Assembly (NCBI RefSeq): GCF_037042905.1
Contig: NC_087245.1
Location: 16,494,001-16,558,000 of the forward strand
Source of the DNA: Lytechinus pictus
Lineage: Eukaryota
Reading direction: 5' to 3'
Length of the DNA: 64,000 nucleotides
The position numbers were made by a program, and so were the translations under genes. This document shows positions 1 to 11,610 of this stretch, piece by piece. The notes under the pieces are model-generated. The model saw only the letters and a list, made by a program, of their open reading frames with translations. It did no database searches and was not told the DNA's origin. The first letter of the stretch is position 1; each line of letters begins with the position of its first letter.

Positions 1-463
1 TTGTGAAATTAAGCGAAACTCTTAAAATGTCATAACTTTCTTATTTTACATCCGATTTTTGATGAAATTTTCAGAGTTTTGCTTGTTGAATTTTTCTCTT
101 TTTATTCAACTCAACTTTTTGTTGGGGTGGACTTGTCCTTTAAACAATGCTAATTCCACATGTTTATAAATAGGGAAGAATTAATCGTTGTTTCACTCTT
201 GACAACGATGAGAAAATTAGAATGTTTCATATTTTATATAATAACATACAAAAGAAATAGTAAGTGGATGACGTCATAAGTCTCCACATTTGCACACTGA
301 CCAGGATGTGCATATAACTGTTTTGTGAAATTAAGCAAAAATTGAAAATGTCATAACTTTCTTATTTTACATCCGATTTTGATGAGATTTTCAGTGTTAT
401 GCTTGTTGGATTTTTCTCTTTTTATTTAAAACAACTTTTTGTAAGGGTGGACTTGTCCTTTAA
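1..463. mobile_element. Two right ends of a TTAA-flanked non-autonomous DNA transposon (Kolobok/piggyBac-like MITE), probably nested
   Basis: 1-143 and ~323-463 are near-identical and both end GGGTGGACTTGTCCT-TTAA. They share the ATCCGATTTTGATGAAATTTTCAG motif with the complete MITE at 16641-17225. Confidence 0.65.
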
Positions 464-825
464 TATGAGTCTTTCCCTATATACCGACTGCACATTATAT
501 ACTGTATGTTGCAATATACGCGCGATTGAAATAATTATGGTAGATCGATGGTTCACAATCGGAAAAAGGTTTTCGTATTGCATCAGTATTAGTTCTATTG
601 GAAATGACTGTCCGCTTGTTCATGTTGATTTTTTGAAGGTCAATCTCACCTTTGATATGCCAATTTTTATTAATTAATTTACATTTTATATATGAAAATA
701 ACAAGACCAGAGATATATGATACTATAAATATACATGACGATTTGTCAAATTAGATAGATAAAAACATGAGCAAATTAGTTTCCCTCTGCTTAATTCAAG
801 TCCCTATAATTCGTTTTCCTTTCTA

Positions 826-1815
826 CAGTGCGTATCAAAAAAAGTTTACACTTTGAAAAAAGCCCTGGGAATTCAAAAATATACAACATGTGGGTAATTT
901 TTTCACATATAATCTTGGCTTTGGGTCTCATCTATCCAATGAAAGTAAAAGTTTTGACAGAATGTTACACTTGAGTGAGCACTGTCCATTTTTGTAAAGC
1001 TCGCAGAAATCTGTTTGCGCAGAAATGCTCGTTTTCACGCTGTGTCAAGGGGAAAGGGCGAAATCAAACTTACCCTGCGAAGCATTTCTCATACATTTCC
1101 CTTGCACTTTTAGTCAATTGAAATAAAACGGATACATTCAAGCATTTTGCAACAATTTTGCCACCCAAATTGAAATTTCAACATTTAGTAAGCACAACCT
1201 TTACCCTTTTTTGTGCGAGCTGGATCTGAGGACATAACTGAATCTGAACAAAAGTTTATATCAGACATCTCCAGCATTTTTTCACTGAGTTTTTATCATT
1301 TAAAGTGGGTTTACATTTCATTTTTCATTTAATACTTGTTTCTCCACACTTTTCCCAAGCTTGACAATGATTAACAAAAATCAAAATCAAGCCTAAGTCA
1401 TTTCATGTAAATCACAGCTCAGTGTAAAGCAAATATCGTCTCGATGGCCTCGGTGTGTGGGGGAGTGGGGTGGGGCACAATGCACTCTTCGAAGTGTTTT
1501 GGGCAATGAAACAAGTTTAAAAAGATAAAAGATGTCTTCAAATCAATTTTACTAGCTAAATTCCACGTTTTCTTCATGATTAAGGTCTACTTTTATTTGC
1601 ATAACTATTTCAAAGTTCTGCGCAAATCATTTTTCACTAAATTTTCAAAAGTAAGTGGTGCTCACTCAAGTGGAAATATTTTTCGACAGTTATATCGTCA
1701 TTTGCTTAAATGGATCTGTACCAATGTTAAAATGTGAAAAAATCTTTAGGATATTACAAATGTATAATTTTACAGGATTTTTTCAAAGTGTAAACTTTTT
1801 TTTTGATACGCACTG
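826..1815. mobile_element. Non-autonomous Tc1/mariner-type element, ~990 bp
   Basis: TIRs of ~35 bp (CAGTGCGTATCAAAAAAAGTTTACACTTTGAAAAA and its reverse complement), flanked by TA at 824-825 and 1816-1817. No transposase ORF inside. Confidence 0.85.
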
Positions 1816-1845
1816 TATAGCTGAATATGTTGCTGCTATATAGTG

Positions 1846-2110
1846 TCAGGGGTGGACCTTCCATAATTGGGAGGGGGAGGGCACAGAGGCTTTGTCGTTT
1901 TGAGGGGCTTTTTAACAAGCACTGAAAAAGGGTTCTCACTGCCTTGAAAAAAGTCCTCGCTAGAAATAGTAGCGTATTTGAAATGAGGACTCACAACAAA
2001 ACATTTCTTTCATCACTGAATGGCAATAGTGTACAGTTTTAGGTCGGGGGAGGGTGTGGGGGAGGGTGGGGGGGGGCACATGTACCCTGTGATCTCCCTG
2101 GATCCCCCTC
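1846..2110. mobile_element. Possible degenerate G-tract MITE
   Basis: Ends CAGGGGTGGACC and GGATCCCCCT are imperfect inverted repeats enclosing poly-G tracts. Confidence 0.3.
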
Positions 2111-2639
2111 GTCTTGTTACACACAGTATAAACCAAGGATTACAGAAGGAAAAGGATATTCGTACACTGTGTATATTATATATTGCGATAAGCACTGAAT
2201 AGAGTATCATTATCAAATAGAATATTGAGTTGCAAAAAATTCAGGAAGTTCATGTTTCATAGCTAACTGTATTCGAATTTGACCTTGTTTCCTAGATTAT
2301 CGGCCTATATTTTGATCAAATTCTTTGATGTCTGTGATTTGAGTAATAAAAAAAGTTTGTTTGATAATAAAGGTACGATAATAATGGAACGTAGATTATA
2401 CATAAATATATAATAGATATTTGTGTATATTAACTTTATTAAGTTTGCCCATCTCCTACATAATCATTTTGTTCTTATATCTTCGTACATATCAAATTCT
2501 TTCATTGAATCATTCTCACTTTTGATATTGATATTTGAGAAGAATTCTTTGTTAGATGAGAGGAGCATGAGTTGCTGCATTTTCATAATTTTTTTGTTTT
2601 AAAAAGTTCAGAGTAGAAACATCTTTTGAAGTAATATTA

Positions 2640-2852
2640 ATGATGTCGATGATAATCATAATCATATTATAATTATTATGCTATTATTATTATTATTATC
2701 ATTACTATTATTATTGTTGTTATCATTATCATTATAGTTATAATGATTGTTATTACTATTATTATTATTATCATTATTATTATTATTATTAATATTATTA
2801 TTATTATTATTATTATCATCATCATCATCATCATCAACATCATTGTTATCAT
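2640..2852. repeat. (ATT)n/(ATC)n microsatellite
   Basis: Visible trinucleotide runs. Confidence 0.9.
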
Positions 2853-2897
2853 AATTTCATTCTTACATTTTTTTTGGGGGGTGACGTGTTTTTCCTA

Positions 2898-3064
2898 CAC
2901 TGTAAAAATAAAGTGCTAATTTAGCACTTACAGTGCTTGTATAGTGACTGCACTACGAGTGCTGATTTTCTAGTTAAAATTTAAACTAGAAAATCAGCAC
3001 TCGTAGTGCAGTCACTATATACAAGCACTGTAAGTGCTAAATTAGCACTTCATTTTTTACAGTG
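2898..3064. mobile_element. Palindromic CACTG-ended MITE, 2-bp TSD (TA)
   Basis: Near-perfect ~167-bp palindrome CACTGTAAAAA...TTTTTACAGTG with TA on both sides. Confidence 0.85.
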
Positions 3065-4920
3065 TATGCATGTCGTCTTCCATGGATACATAATAGCTTG
3101 GAACTAATGACATATAAACCTAATGATAGTGGATCCTTGCGCTAATACAATGCTAAATTTGATAATCATACGCAAGTAATCATGATTGTGCCTGCCCTTA
3201 CTCACAGAGGCTGACAAAGGGTTATCTTCGATCGTTAAAAAGGTCATCAAACATGCACCATCCTACAAACGGACAACCATAATTATGTTCCTATGGCAAC
3301 AGATGATATCTGAAAAAGAAATACATGTTCATTACAACCAAATTATACGAATTGTCCGACAAAGTTTGTGATATATGTGCTATGTGAATTTAGAGTGAGT
3401 GTATACCGTTACAGTCAGAGCCTAACTAATTCCCTGGTTCCTTTTTATCCTTCCCGTAACACCAAGAATAAGTAAAAATAAATGTTTGCTCAATTTATTT
3501 AGTCTGAATTAGTTTCGATTTGCTTCTAAACGAATATTTGCTCGCCGTTTCTCTCGTACGTTTTAAAATTTCGTTAAAAGGTAATCATCACGTGAACACT
3601 GTTAACGAATAATTGCATATTATGCTTTTTTGAGGGGACTTTGTTTATTTAATTAATATTCAGTTTTATTTTAGATCAGGGTAGACTTTCCAGCACACAA
3701 GGGACTTTTTAAAAGAGGCCTGTATACATAAAATGATTTACAAAATAAATAAAAACGAATTAAAAGTAAAAATGGCATAAATGTAATTATAACACAAGGC
3801 AATAAGTGAAAATCAACATGGGTAAAATAAATAATATAATAATGTAAAATTCTAACCCCAGGAATTTATGGAGTGCATGATGATACAATGGTAGCCATTA
3901 TCATGTGAGTGACATGATTTGATAATTTCATGAATAAAGCTATCAATATCGATCAAGACGTTCTCCATCTATCATTGGCTAATTATTTCATGGTGCTCCT
4001 TTCAATATATACGTTAAGATGTTTCTATGGATGCCACATTGCATGATTATCATCATTCTGCTTTTCTTCTTTTGCTACTATAGCTTATTCTAGCTATTAC
4101 GTAAGGATATTCATCGGTTTTATAATAGATGATTATATTATTTTCTCTTCTCACATAACATTTTGATTATTTGTAAAGTTATGAATTACTTATCAGTATT
4201 ATAAGCTCAGCTTATTGAGCATAAAAACAGAATATATGATTGTTTTTCGATAAGTTTTTCCTTAAAATATGACATTACTGACGTTATATGCAAACACTCC
4301 CATTAATTTGATTGTATATCAGTTATGATTGGGCATGTTATTTCGCTTTAAGCCATCACCTGTATATGTATGTTCGTAGTAATAGGGGATTTTGTAATCG
4401 CGACGGGGATGGATTCTACAACATAGAAAATCTATTATCCAAATAAGCCCTCCATGACAATGCAGTCTTTGCGGAAAATCTGTAAGTCAAAACAGCAGTT
4501 TCGTCATGGAGTCTGTACTCTATATAGACAAACGACAAATTTGCATTTTTTCGTTAGCTCAAGATCTTACAGCGATCAGCTGTCCTGGTTCACTGTTCAG
4601 CTGTTCATTTTGATTTGACGGGTATTTTCGATAGATTTGTCTATGTTGTAGAATCCGTCTTCGTCGGGACTGCGAAAACTCGCCATTATATAGCTTTACT
4701 TGTCGAGAATTCAAATCCGTATACTCTCCACAACCCAGTTGGCCTGAGACAGACGCTGTAATCTTTGAACCACTAATCAACCACTATTAATGCGTCTAAC
4801 AAAAAAACTGTCATAATCACGTGACTAACGTCTCAAAGTACAGAACAAGAAATGTTTTAATAAAATCCACGATGTCAATAAAGGGGTTTCCCTAATTTTT
4901 TTCAATTTCTATTTCCACAG

Positions 4921-6031
4921 CATTCAATCTTGGATCACCAGACACGAGAGGAACCAAGTTCATGTTCGCAGTACCAAGTAACTTCAATATTCCTTCGAAG
5001 GTGACTCTTATGATCGGGTCTTCAAACCCTGGCATAGCTCGTGTCATGGTCAACATACCTGGCTTCAAGTTCCGAAGAGAGATCACCTTGACTCAACGGC
5101 AGATGAAGACAATTAGTATTCCAGGTAACGTAGCAGCTAACGGAGGTGGTCCTCAAAATGGGACTATTGTCGTCACGTCAAATCTTGAGATCACAGTCCA
5201 TGCTGCGAACATCATGCCAAAGACCAACGACGGCTTTGTGGCGATTCCCACCGATGCCGTTGGAAAGGAATACGTGATCGCTTCGTACGACATCGTTACT
5301 GGTCAGTGGTCAGTGTTTACGATAACAGGGACCCAGCAGGGTACGAGGATCCAGGTGGTTCCTTCACAAAGGATTCTGCATGCTCGGCAGTGGTACAATG
5401 CTGGGCAAATTATCAACGTCCAGCTTAGCGAAGCCCAGTCGGTACAGTTTAGATGTCCCGATGATCTGACTGGAACTTACATCACTGCGGACAAACCTGT
5501 GGCTGTAGTCTCTGGTGCCACATGTACCCGTGTTCCCAGGAGCATGCAGAGGTGTGATCATTTGGTCGAGATGTTGCCTCCGATTTCGACCCTTGGTACC
5601 CGTTTCTCAGTGTTACCCCTTCTCAACAGGACTGGATATGTCTTCCGTATGATCGCAGCACGTCCTAATACCAAAGTCCACCTTGCGGGAACGATCTATA
5701 CTCTCGGTCAGAGAGGTTCCTTCAGAGAGTTCAACCAAGATGCTCAGCTTCCGGTCACAATCACATCAAACCGTCCCCTTTTAGTGATGCAATATGGAAA
5801 AGGAATGGATATAAATTTCTGGGGTGATCCTTTCATGAGCATCGTGCCACCTGTAGAGCAGTATATGGAAGGAATGACTACATTTGGACCTTTGGCGCAG
5901 TCTGGACAAGACATGTTTTTTAACTTTTTATCAGTGTCCGTGACTTCTGCAGATCTGTATACAATAAGTTTGAACAACGTTCTTATCATGAACACAGAAT
6001 TAAATCTTCCCGAAATGGAAGAGACAATAAG
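4921..6031 (+). CDS. Gene 1 exon: IgGFc-binding N-terminal domain
   Basis: Acceptor ttccacag|CA TTC AAT (FNLGSPDTRGTKFMFAV...), in frame with ORF 4962-6044. Donor AG|gtcagt at 6032. Confidence 0.9.
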
Positions 6032-9000
6032 GTCAGTGGTTTAATCATTTTTGTCTCGCCTGTATAGCAGAGCGACACTTTTCCGACGGCGGCGGCGTCA
6101 ATTTCAAATCTTAACCTAAGCTTTCTGAAATGTCATCATAACTTAGGAAGTATATGGGCCTAGTTCATGAAACTTGGATTTTAAGGTAATCAAGTATTAC
6201 TAAACATCCTGCCTGAGTTTCAGGTGAGATGATTAAGGTCAAAGGTCATTTAGGGTCAGTAAACTTAGACCATGTTGAGGAATCAACATAAAAATCTTAA
6301 CCAAGATTTTTATAAATATCATCATAACTTAGAAAATATTGGTCATGTGGCCTATGTCAGAGGTCTTTTAGGGTCAATGAATTTTGGCCATGTTGGGGGT
6401 ATTTGTTAATTTCCATCATAACTTTAAAAGTTTATTGATCTGGTTCATGAAACTTGGGCATAAGAGTAATAAAGTATTAGTTAACATCCTACGTGAATTT
6501 TAGGTCACAGGACCAATGTCAATGAACTTTGGCTATGTTGGGGGTATTTGTCGAATTGCCATCATAGCTTTAAAAGTTTATCGATCTAGTTCATGAAATG
6601 TGGACATAATAAAGGTAATCAAGTATCACTGATCGTCTTGCACAAGTCTTCGGTCACACGATCAAGGTCAGATGTCATTTAGGGTCAATGAACATAGTAT
6701 TTTATTATCATATGAATGGTGTTTTTGTGAATAATTATTTTATAGTCGTTTTCAAAGTCAGCACTGCTGCTATGTTGAATCGTGCAATGCAGGCGAGACT
6801 GCCATAGGCGCTCCACTTATTTTTTCAAATTCCATCAATGGTTCCCATTTGTCAATGATTCCAATTTTGTAAGTGATGAATCAATATTTTACTTTCTGGA
6901 AGGAGTCGTGCATTGGCAAACCAAAGAGATCAATTACTCTGTTGTCGTACTCAAACACAATTTAAAAACGTATAAGAATAGAGAGTAGTGTTTATAAAGA
7001 CAAACATGAAATAAACCGGAATAATTTCAGTGTAAGTGTCCCTATCAATAGGACTTTGTAGGTACTGGTGAACTATAGAAATATTTCTCTTCCGATGTGT
7101 TTCTGTGTTTTAGGTATACAGCAGATCGAAACATGAAGATTCAGAATGTTCCTCACACGTTACACAACCCCTCTGTAATGTCACGTTTCACCGCTATTTG
7201 TCATGGTGTATCTCAAGGCTCTGGGTATGGATACCCGATCGGTTTCAACCTCAGAACATTGCTGTGTTCAAGAACAGACCCAATGACAGGTACGTCGTGA
7301 CTTTCAAAGATTTTCTTAATCCTTTTTATTTGTTGACCCTTTTTGAAACAATTTAGTAGGGGTTTTGTGTGTTGAACCGTACACCGATTGAACTCTGTCG
7401 AAAAGGAATATTGAGTTTTCAAAATGAACAAAATAATTGTAGGTGTACGGACATGACGAACTATGATAAAACGACGTCATTCTTTTCTTTTAATGGTCGA
7501 AGTTTTGAAAGTCCCTCCTCTGATAGGCTGGCATAGCCATCATGGGCATTCATTATTATCACTCTCGTCATGTGATCTCAAAGATCATCAGTGACAGCAT
7601 TATAGATGAAAGATAACGAATCTGTCATAACTACCATCATCATTCACTCCTCATCATCAGCAGCAACAACATCATCATCACCATCAACACGAACATCATA
7701 ATCATCATAAAAAACAACAACTTCATTATCAACATCAGCATTACCAAATCATTTCCACAACATGACAAGCGTCATAACGATGAACTTCATCAATATCTTT
7801 ACCAGCACCTACATCGACGTAAACAAGGGCAACATCATCATCATTCATCAACAACAACATGCACAATTTACCACCGCTTTCATTACTAATGCCATCATCA
7901 TCAATCCAATGTCACAATCATTCTTCCCATCTCACGGGCATCTTCATCATCAGCAGCAGCTGGAGCAGCATAATTTCAATAACACTGCTACTTTTGAGTT
8001 TCATTTCCACTCTATTACATGGAACTACTCATGCCTTTGGAATGATAGCAACTTCGAAAATCTGCAATGCCTTGGAAAATTTCAAATTCACATTTTAATT
8101 TCATATTGTTGAAATACTTTCAAAATCTTCAATTTCGTGGTTGATTGAATGAATTTTAATTCATCATTTCTATTTTTGCACACCCAGGATTAATCGAGGA
8201 ATTCCAGTGTCCTCCACCCATTCCTCCCATCCAACCGGGTCTTATACCTAGTACCATACCAGGTATGGGAGGTAACCAACCGATCCGACCGGGAATAGGA
8301 ATGAACCCCGGTATGGGTGGCTTCGGTGTAGGAATGGGTATGTTCCCTGGATTCCCGGCAGGGGGGCAACCGGGTGCCTTCCTACCAGGGAACTTCTTCA
8401 CCGGGGGTAAAGCCCTTCCCCCCAACATACCAATCATACCCGGGTTACCCATCGACCCTAACGCTGGGGCAGCCCAGACTCAACCAGGTTTTAACAACAA
8501 TCCTCTGAATCCCGTGAGTCCCAACAACCCATTCGCCAACCCTGGACAACCGTTTGTTCCGATGTTACCCTTCAACCCTATGGGACCCGGAATGATTCCA
8601 CCGCCTGAAAGTAAGTGCTACTCCTCATTTTTTTATATGACTACAAGAACAGATTTATGAAAATTGATGGGCTGGTTTAATTAAAGAATGATTACCTTCT
8701 TAAAAGAAAGTCTCTGATGTATAAGAAATCTTCTAAAGGCCAATATGAAATAGGCCACGATAAACAATGGACAGATGAAAAAAATAGGAGACATTAATGA
8801 TTTCTTAAAATCAATTTAGCAACTGCAGTCAATAAACCCATATACTGTATTAAGAAACCTTGTGACCCCATACCAATAGCACTAAGAAAAGCAGAACTTC
8901 AAAGTACTTTTAGCAGACAAGTATTTTTCATTTATTTCCGAGAACAAAAGTGTTCGTCTCAATAGCGAGCCATTCCCTCTTCATTTGATATTACATCATT

Positions 9001-9812
9001 ATTGACCGAAACGGCTTTTTATGGAAAATACTTTGAAATAATACCATTTTACCTTTATTTTCCCATCCTTTGGCTATGCATAGATTGTTACACCTTAGGT
9101 CTTCTGATCCTGGCAGCTGTTGCCCCGGTCACAGTAGTCTTCATTGTAATGTTGGTTATACTCCTGGCTATCGTCTACAGGTAAGAAATGGAATTCAGTT
9201 AAGTTACCTTTTCTCTGAAATATGATTATATTTCAATTTCATAAGTTTATCTGGTAGAAAATTACATTTAAAGTCACTTACATGATTGTTTGACTTGTAT
9301 GGGCCTCTTTCAAGTTATTCGAGAATAACACTCATAGACGGATTGAGATGGTTTCAAAAGTCTCTTAACTGGGAGCTCTTTAGTAATATAACGTCACTTC
9401 TCTCAAGTCTCAAGACACCTCGGGTGTCGTTTCATAAAACGGTTGCTAAGTTACGCATGACTGGTGATCCTTTCTTTTGCTAAATGACATTTCCCCATGT
9501 TACTGACTAAGCATATATTTTAATTAGAACATAATCCATTCGTAGGTAAAATCGTGCATAGCCTACAACAGATATCACATCGGCATATATTATTAACATG
9601 TATTTATCTCTCCCTTTTTCCTTCAATTGGATGCAAAATAAAATTGAAGTCTATTATTAGCTGTGTGTTTATTAGTAAAAGTATCTCATTTGTAATCAGT
9701 AATTATTTACAACCAAACAGTTTAGAGTACAATAATAATTCAAATAGAATTTCGACTTAATTATTTTTTTTCCCTCACTGTTTAATATTTCAGGTTCAAG
9801 AGGAAACACTGA
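4921..9812 (+). CDS. Gene 1: IgGFc-binding protein (FCGBP N-terminal domain)-like type I membrane protein, probable P58 family. join(4921..6031,7114..7289,8188..8610,9084..9180,9794..9812), 5'-partial
   Basis: GT-AG exon chain with consistent phases (1,2,1,1,2), ~608 aa without the signal exon. Domain motifs DGFVAIPTDAVGKEY, DLTGTYITADKPVAVVSG, CDHLVEMLPP and GDPFMSIVPPVEQY. Hydrophobic TM exon, stop TGA 9810-9812. Collinear with gene 2. Confidence 0.85.
6051..6821 (+). mobile_element. Helentron-associated (HINE/DINE-1/pearl-like) non-autonomous element with internal tandem units, copy A (full length)
   Basis: 5' TTGTCTCGCCTGTATAGC and a (GGC)n microsatellite, then tandem CATGAAACTTGG...GGTCAATGAAC units. 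3' ATGCAGGCGAGAC (subterminal inverted repeat), a short GCC..AGGC palindrome and a T-rich end. Confidence 0.75.
7114..7289 (+). CDS. Gene 1 exon: domain C-terminus and Cys linker
   Basis: ttttag|G TAT ACA ... YTADRNMKIQ...GYGYPIGFNLRTLLCSRTDPMT G|gtacgt. Aligns with gene 2 exon 30975-31132 (FGYPAAYQLRQITC). Confidence 0.85.
7630..7990. repeat. Degenerate (CAT/CAA/CAG)n low-complexity tract in an intron
   Basis: Trinucleotide-rich sequence. Confidence 0.7.
8188..8610 (+). CDS. Gene 1 exon: Pro/Gly/Asn/Met/Phe-rich stalk
   Basis: cacccag|GA TTA ATC GAG GAA TTC CAG TGT CCT (LIEEFQCP, cf. gene 2 EAEFECP), in frame with ORF 8265-8660. Donor A|gtaagt at 8611. Confidence 0.85.
9084..9180 (+). CDS. 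Gene 1 exon: transmembrane helix
   Basis: catag|AT TGT TAC ... CYTLGLLILAAVAPVTVVFIVMLVILLAIVYR |gtaag. 97 nt, the same length as the gene 2 TM exon. Confidence 0.88.
9794..9812 (+). CDS. Gene 1 terminal coding exon: cytoplasmic tail (R)FKRKH*
   Basis: Strong acceptor tttaatatttcag|G TTC AAG AGG AAA CAC TGA. Phase 2 matches the TM exon, and the residues are basic stop-transfer type. Confidence 0.7.
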
Positions 9813-11100
9813 TCTATACCGCAGCCGACTATGATACTAAAATGACAGAGAAAAAACCACTAATCTCAACACAATATCAGATGCCATGGAATTTTATCAC
9901 GGGACCAAAATGTTTGATTTATCGAGATTGTCTGGAATATTATTTAATTTTCCTTATTATATTACAGAATCGATTTGAATAAATACATACATATTTTTGT
10001 GATCATGATGATGATGATAAAATACACATTTTTAAATAATAAAATCTGCTTATATATCAGGCAAAGTTCCTTAACGCATTTGTTGGTTTACCCTTTGCCT
10101 CGATTTATGGTTAGCTTGACTCATGCCATATTGTTGCTGAGTCCCTGGTGCTTTCTTCACCAACTGTTCTGCAGTATAAAAAAAGGTGTGTTTTTGCAAT
10201 GAAAGATGATAAAACTGTACGAATATATATAGAATTTCACTGAATTTTATGATACAATATATCATTGATCCTAAATGATTAAGATGAATCCTGACATTCC
10301 ATATCAGTGTGGAATAAGTCTGGACTTATAACCAAGTTCGCCCAGGAGATAACCACCCTTTGGGTTTACAAGTTTACCACAAAACGATGCTCGGAAATGT
10401 AGAACCAATTCTTATATACTTGAAATATGAGAAAAATGAATTGGTATTATTACAGAACTGGGACAAGAGATTGTAAGAGTTTGTAACATGTTCGATATGC
10501 TTATGGTTTGAAGAAAATGAATTTAATTGTAAAAAAGTAACTTTCAGTGCAAAGAGAGTATGCGCGTGCTTGTGAAAGTTTAAGAATGTGATTTCTTTTG
10601 TTGTTGCGATATTATGCAATCATTCTATAGATCTTGATATTAAGATTTAAGTAAATAATTTATTTTGAAAATGGACAATGACATCTGATGGAAACCCAAT
10701 CATGTCAAAGAACTTGCCACTTTAGAAAACTAGATGATTTATGTCGTCCTTTAGGACGGATATGTTATTGCTAAATCTCTTATTTTGAAAATGATGTAAA
10801 CTATTCAGTGAATTATCATTTTCTGAATAGTTTACATGAGAATGTCAATGTGTGAAACATATTTTATGAAGCTTTGCAATTTTATTGAATTATATTTGAA
10901 CAATGCCAAATGAAAGATGCATATTTCTGTGTATTTAGTAACCATAAGTTATTCTAGAATAATTAATGAGATTGGTTCATCCAGTTTTTCTTTGACAGAA
11001 AAAAATCTTTCTTGCAAATAGTTTTGTAAAAATACAAGTATGTAAATGTATGACTACTTTTGTGTGCAATATATTAAAAAAGAAAAATGAATGTTCTGTA
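9813..11100 (+). other. Probable 3' UTR of gene 1
   Basis: T-rich sequence after the stop. AATAAA near 9978 and 10037, ATTAAA near 11073. The end point is a guess. Confidence 0.35.
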
Positions 11101-11384
11101 TTTTTTTGAAAGGTCAATTTGCTTCCTTTAGTTTCCTCATACCCGCGAGATGAATATGCACATCATTGTGACGTCAAAGTCCATGAAAACGATGATAACC
11201 AAGGGGGTAATAGGAAAAGTCATTCAGATCGAGTGATAATATTCATCACGTTTTGATTATTCTCTTTAACTCTTAACCTCCTGCTAACATTCCAGATTCA
11301 ATCAATCAATATGTTTTTAACATAAGCCGTTCATAAGAAATTGCCCCGCTGCTTGAGTATTGTACCCCACCCCGAAATATTTAA

Positions 11385-11610
11385 TCCTATTTAATTCATA
11401 GCAAAAAGTAATATAACAAAACATTACCCGAAATATGAAGAAGATCTTTTGAATGAACTTTTTAATTTAGAGCAAAAAATGATATAAAAAAATCATAACC
11501 CAAAAAATGAAGAAGATCTTTTGATTGAGCCTTTTAATTTATAGCAAAAAATAATATTAAAACATATAACCCGAAATATGAACAAGATCTTTTGATTGAA
11601 CTTTTTTTGT
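11385..11610. repeat. Tandem repeat, ~72-bp unit x3
   Basis: ACCC(G/A)AA(A/T)ATGAA(G/C)AAGATCTTTTGA recurs at ~11426, ~11498 and ~11570. Confidence 0.8.

Noticed and set aside
4454..4487. ATG...T|GTAAGT phase-1 mini-exon (MTMQSLRKI)
   Set aside because: No hydrophobic core, so it cannot supply the signal peptide; no other support.
7762..8112. 116-aa His/Gln/Ile-rich ORF
   Set aside because: Translation of a degenerate CAT/CAA microsatellite inside a gene 1 intron.
8156..8452. 98-aa Pro/Gly ORF on the minus strand
   Set aside because: Antisense shadow of the CCN/GGN-rich stalk exon.
9794..9812. Possible di-lysine ER-retrieval motif in the FKRKH tail
   Set aside because: Lysines are at -4 and -2, not the canonical -3/-4 or -3/-5; more likely positive-inside residues.
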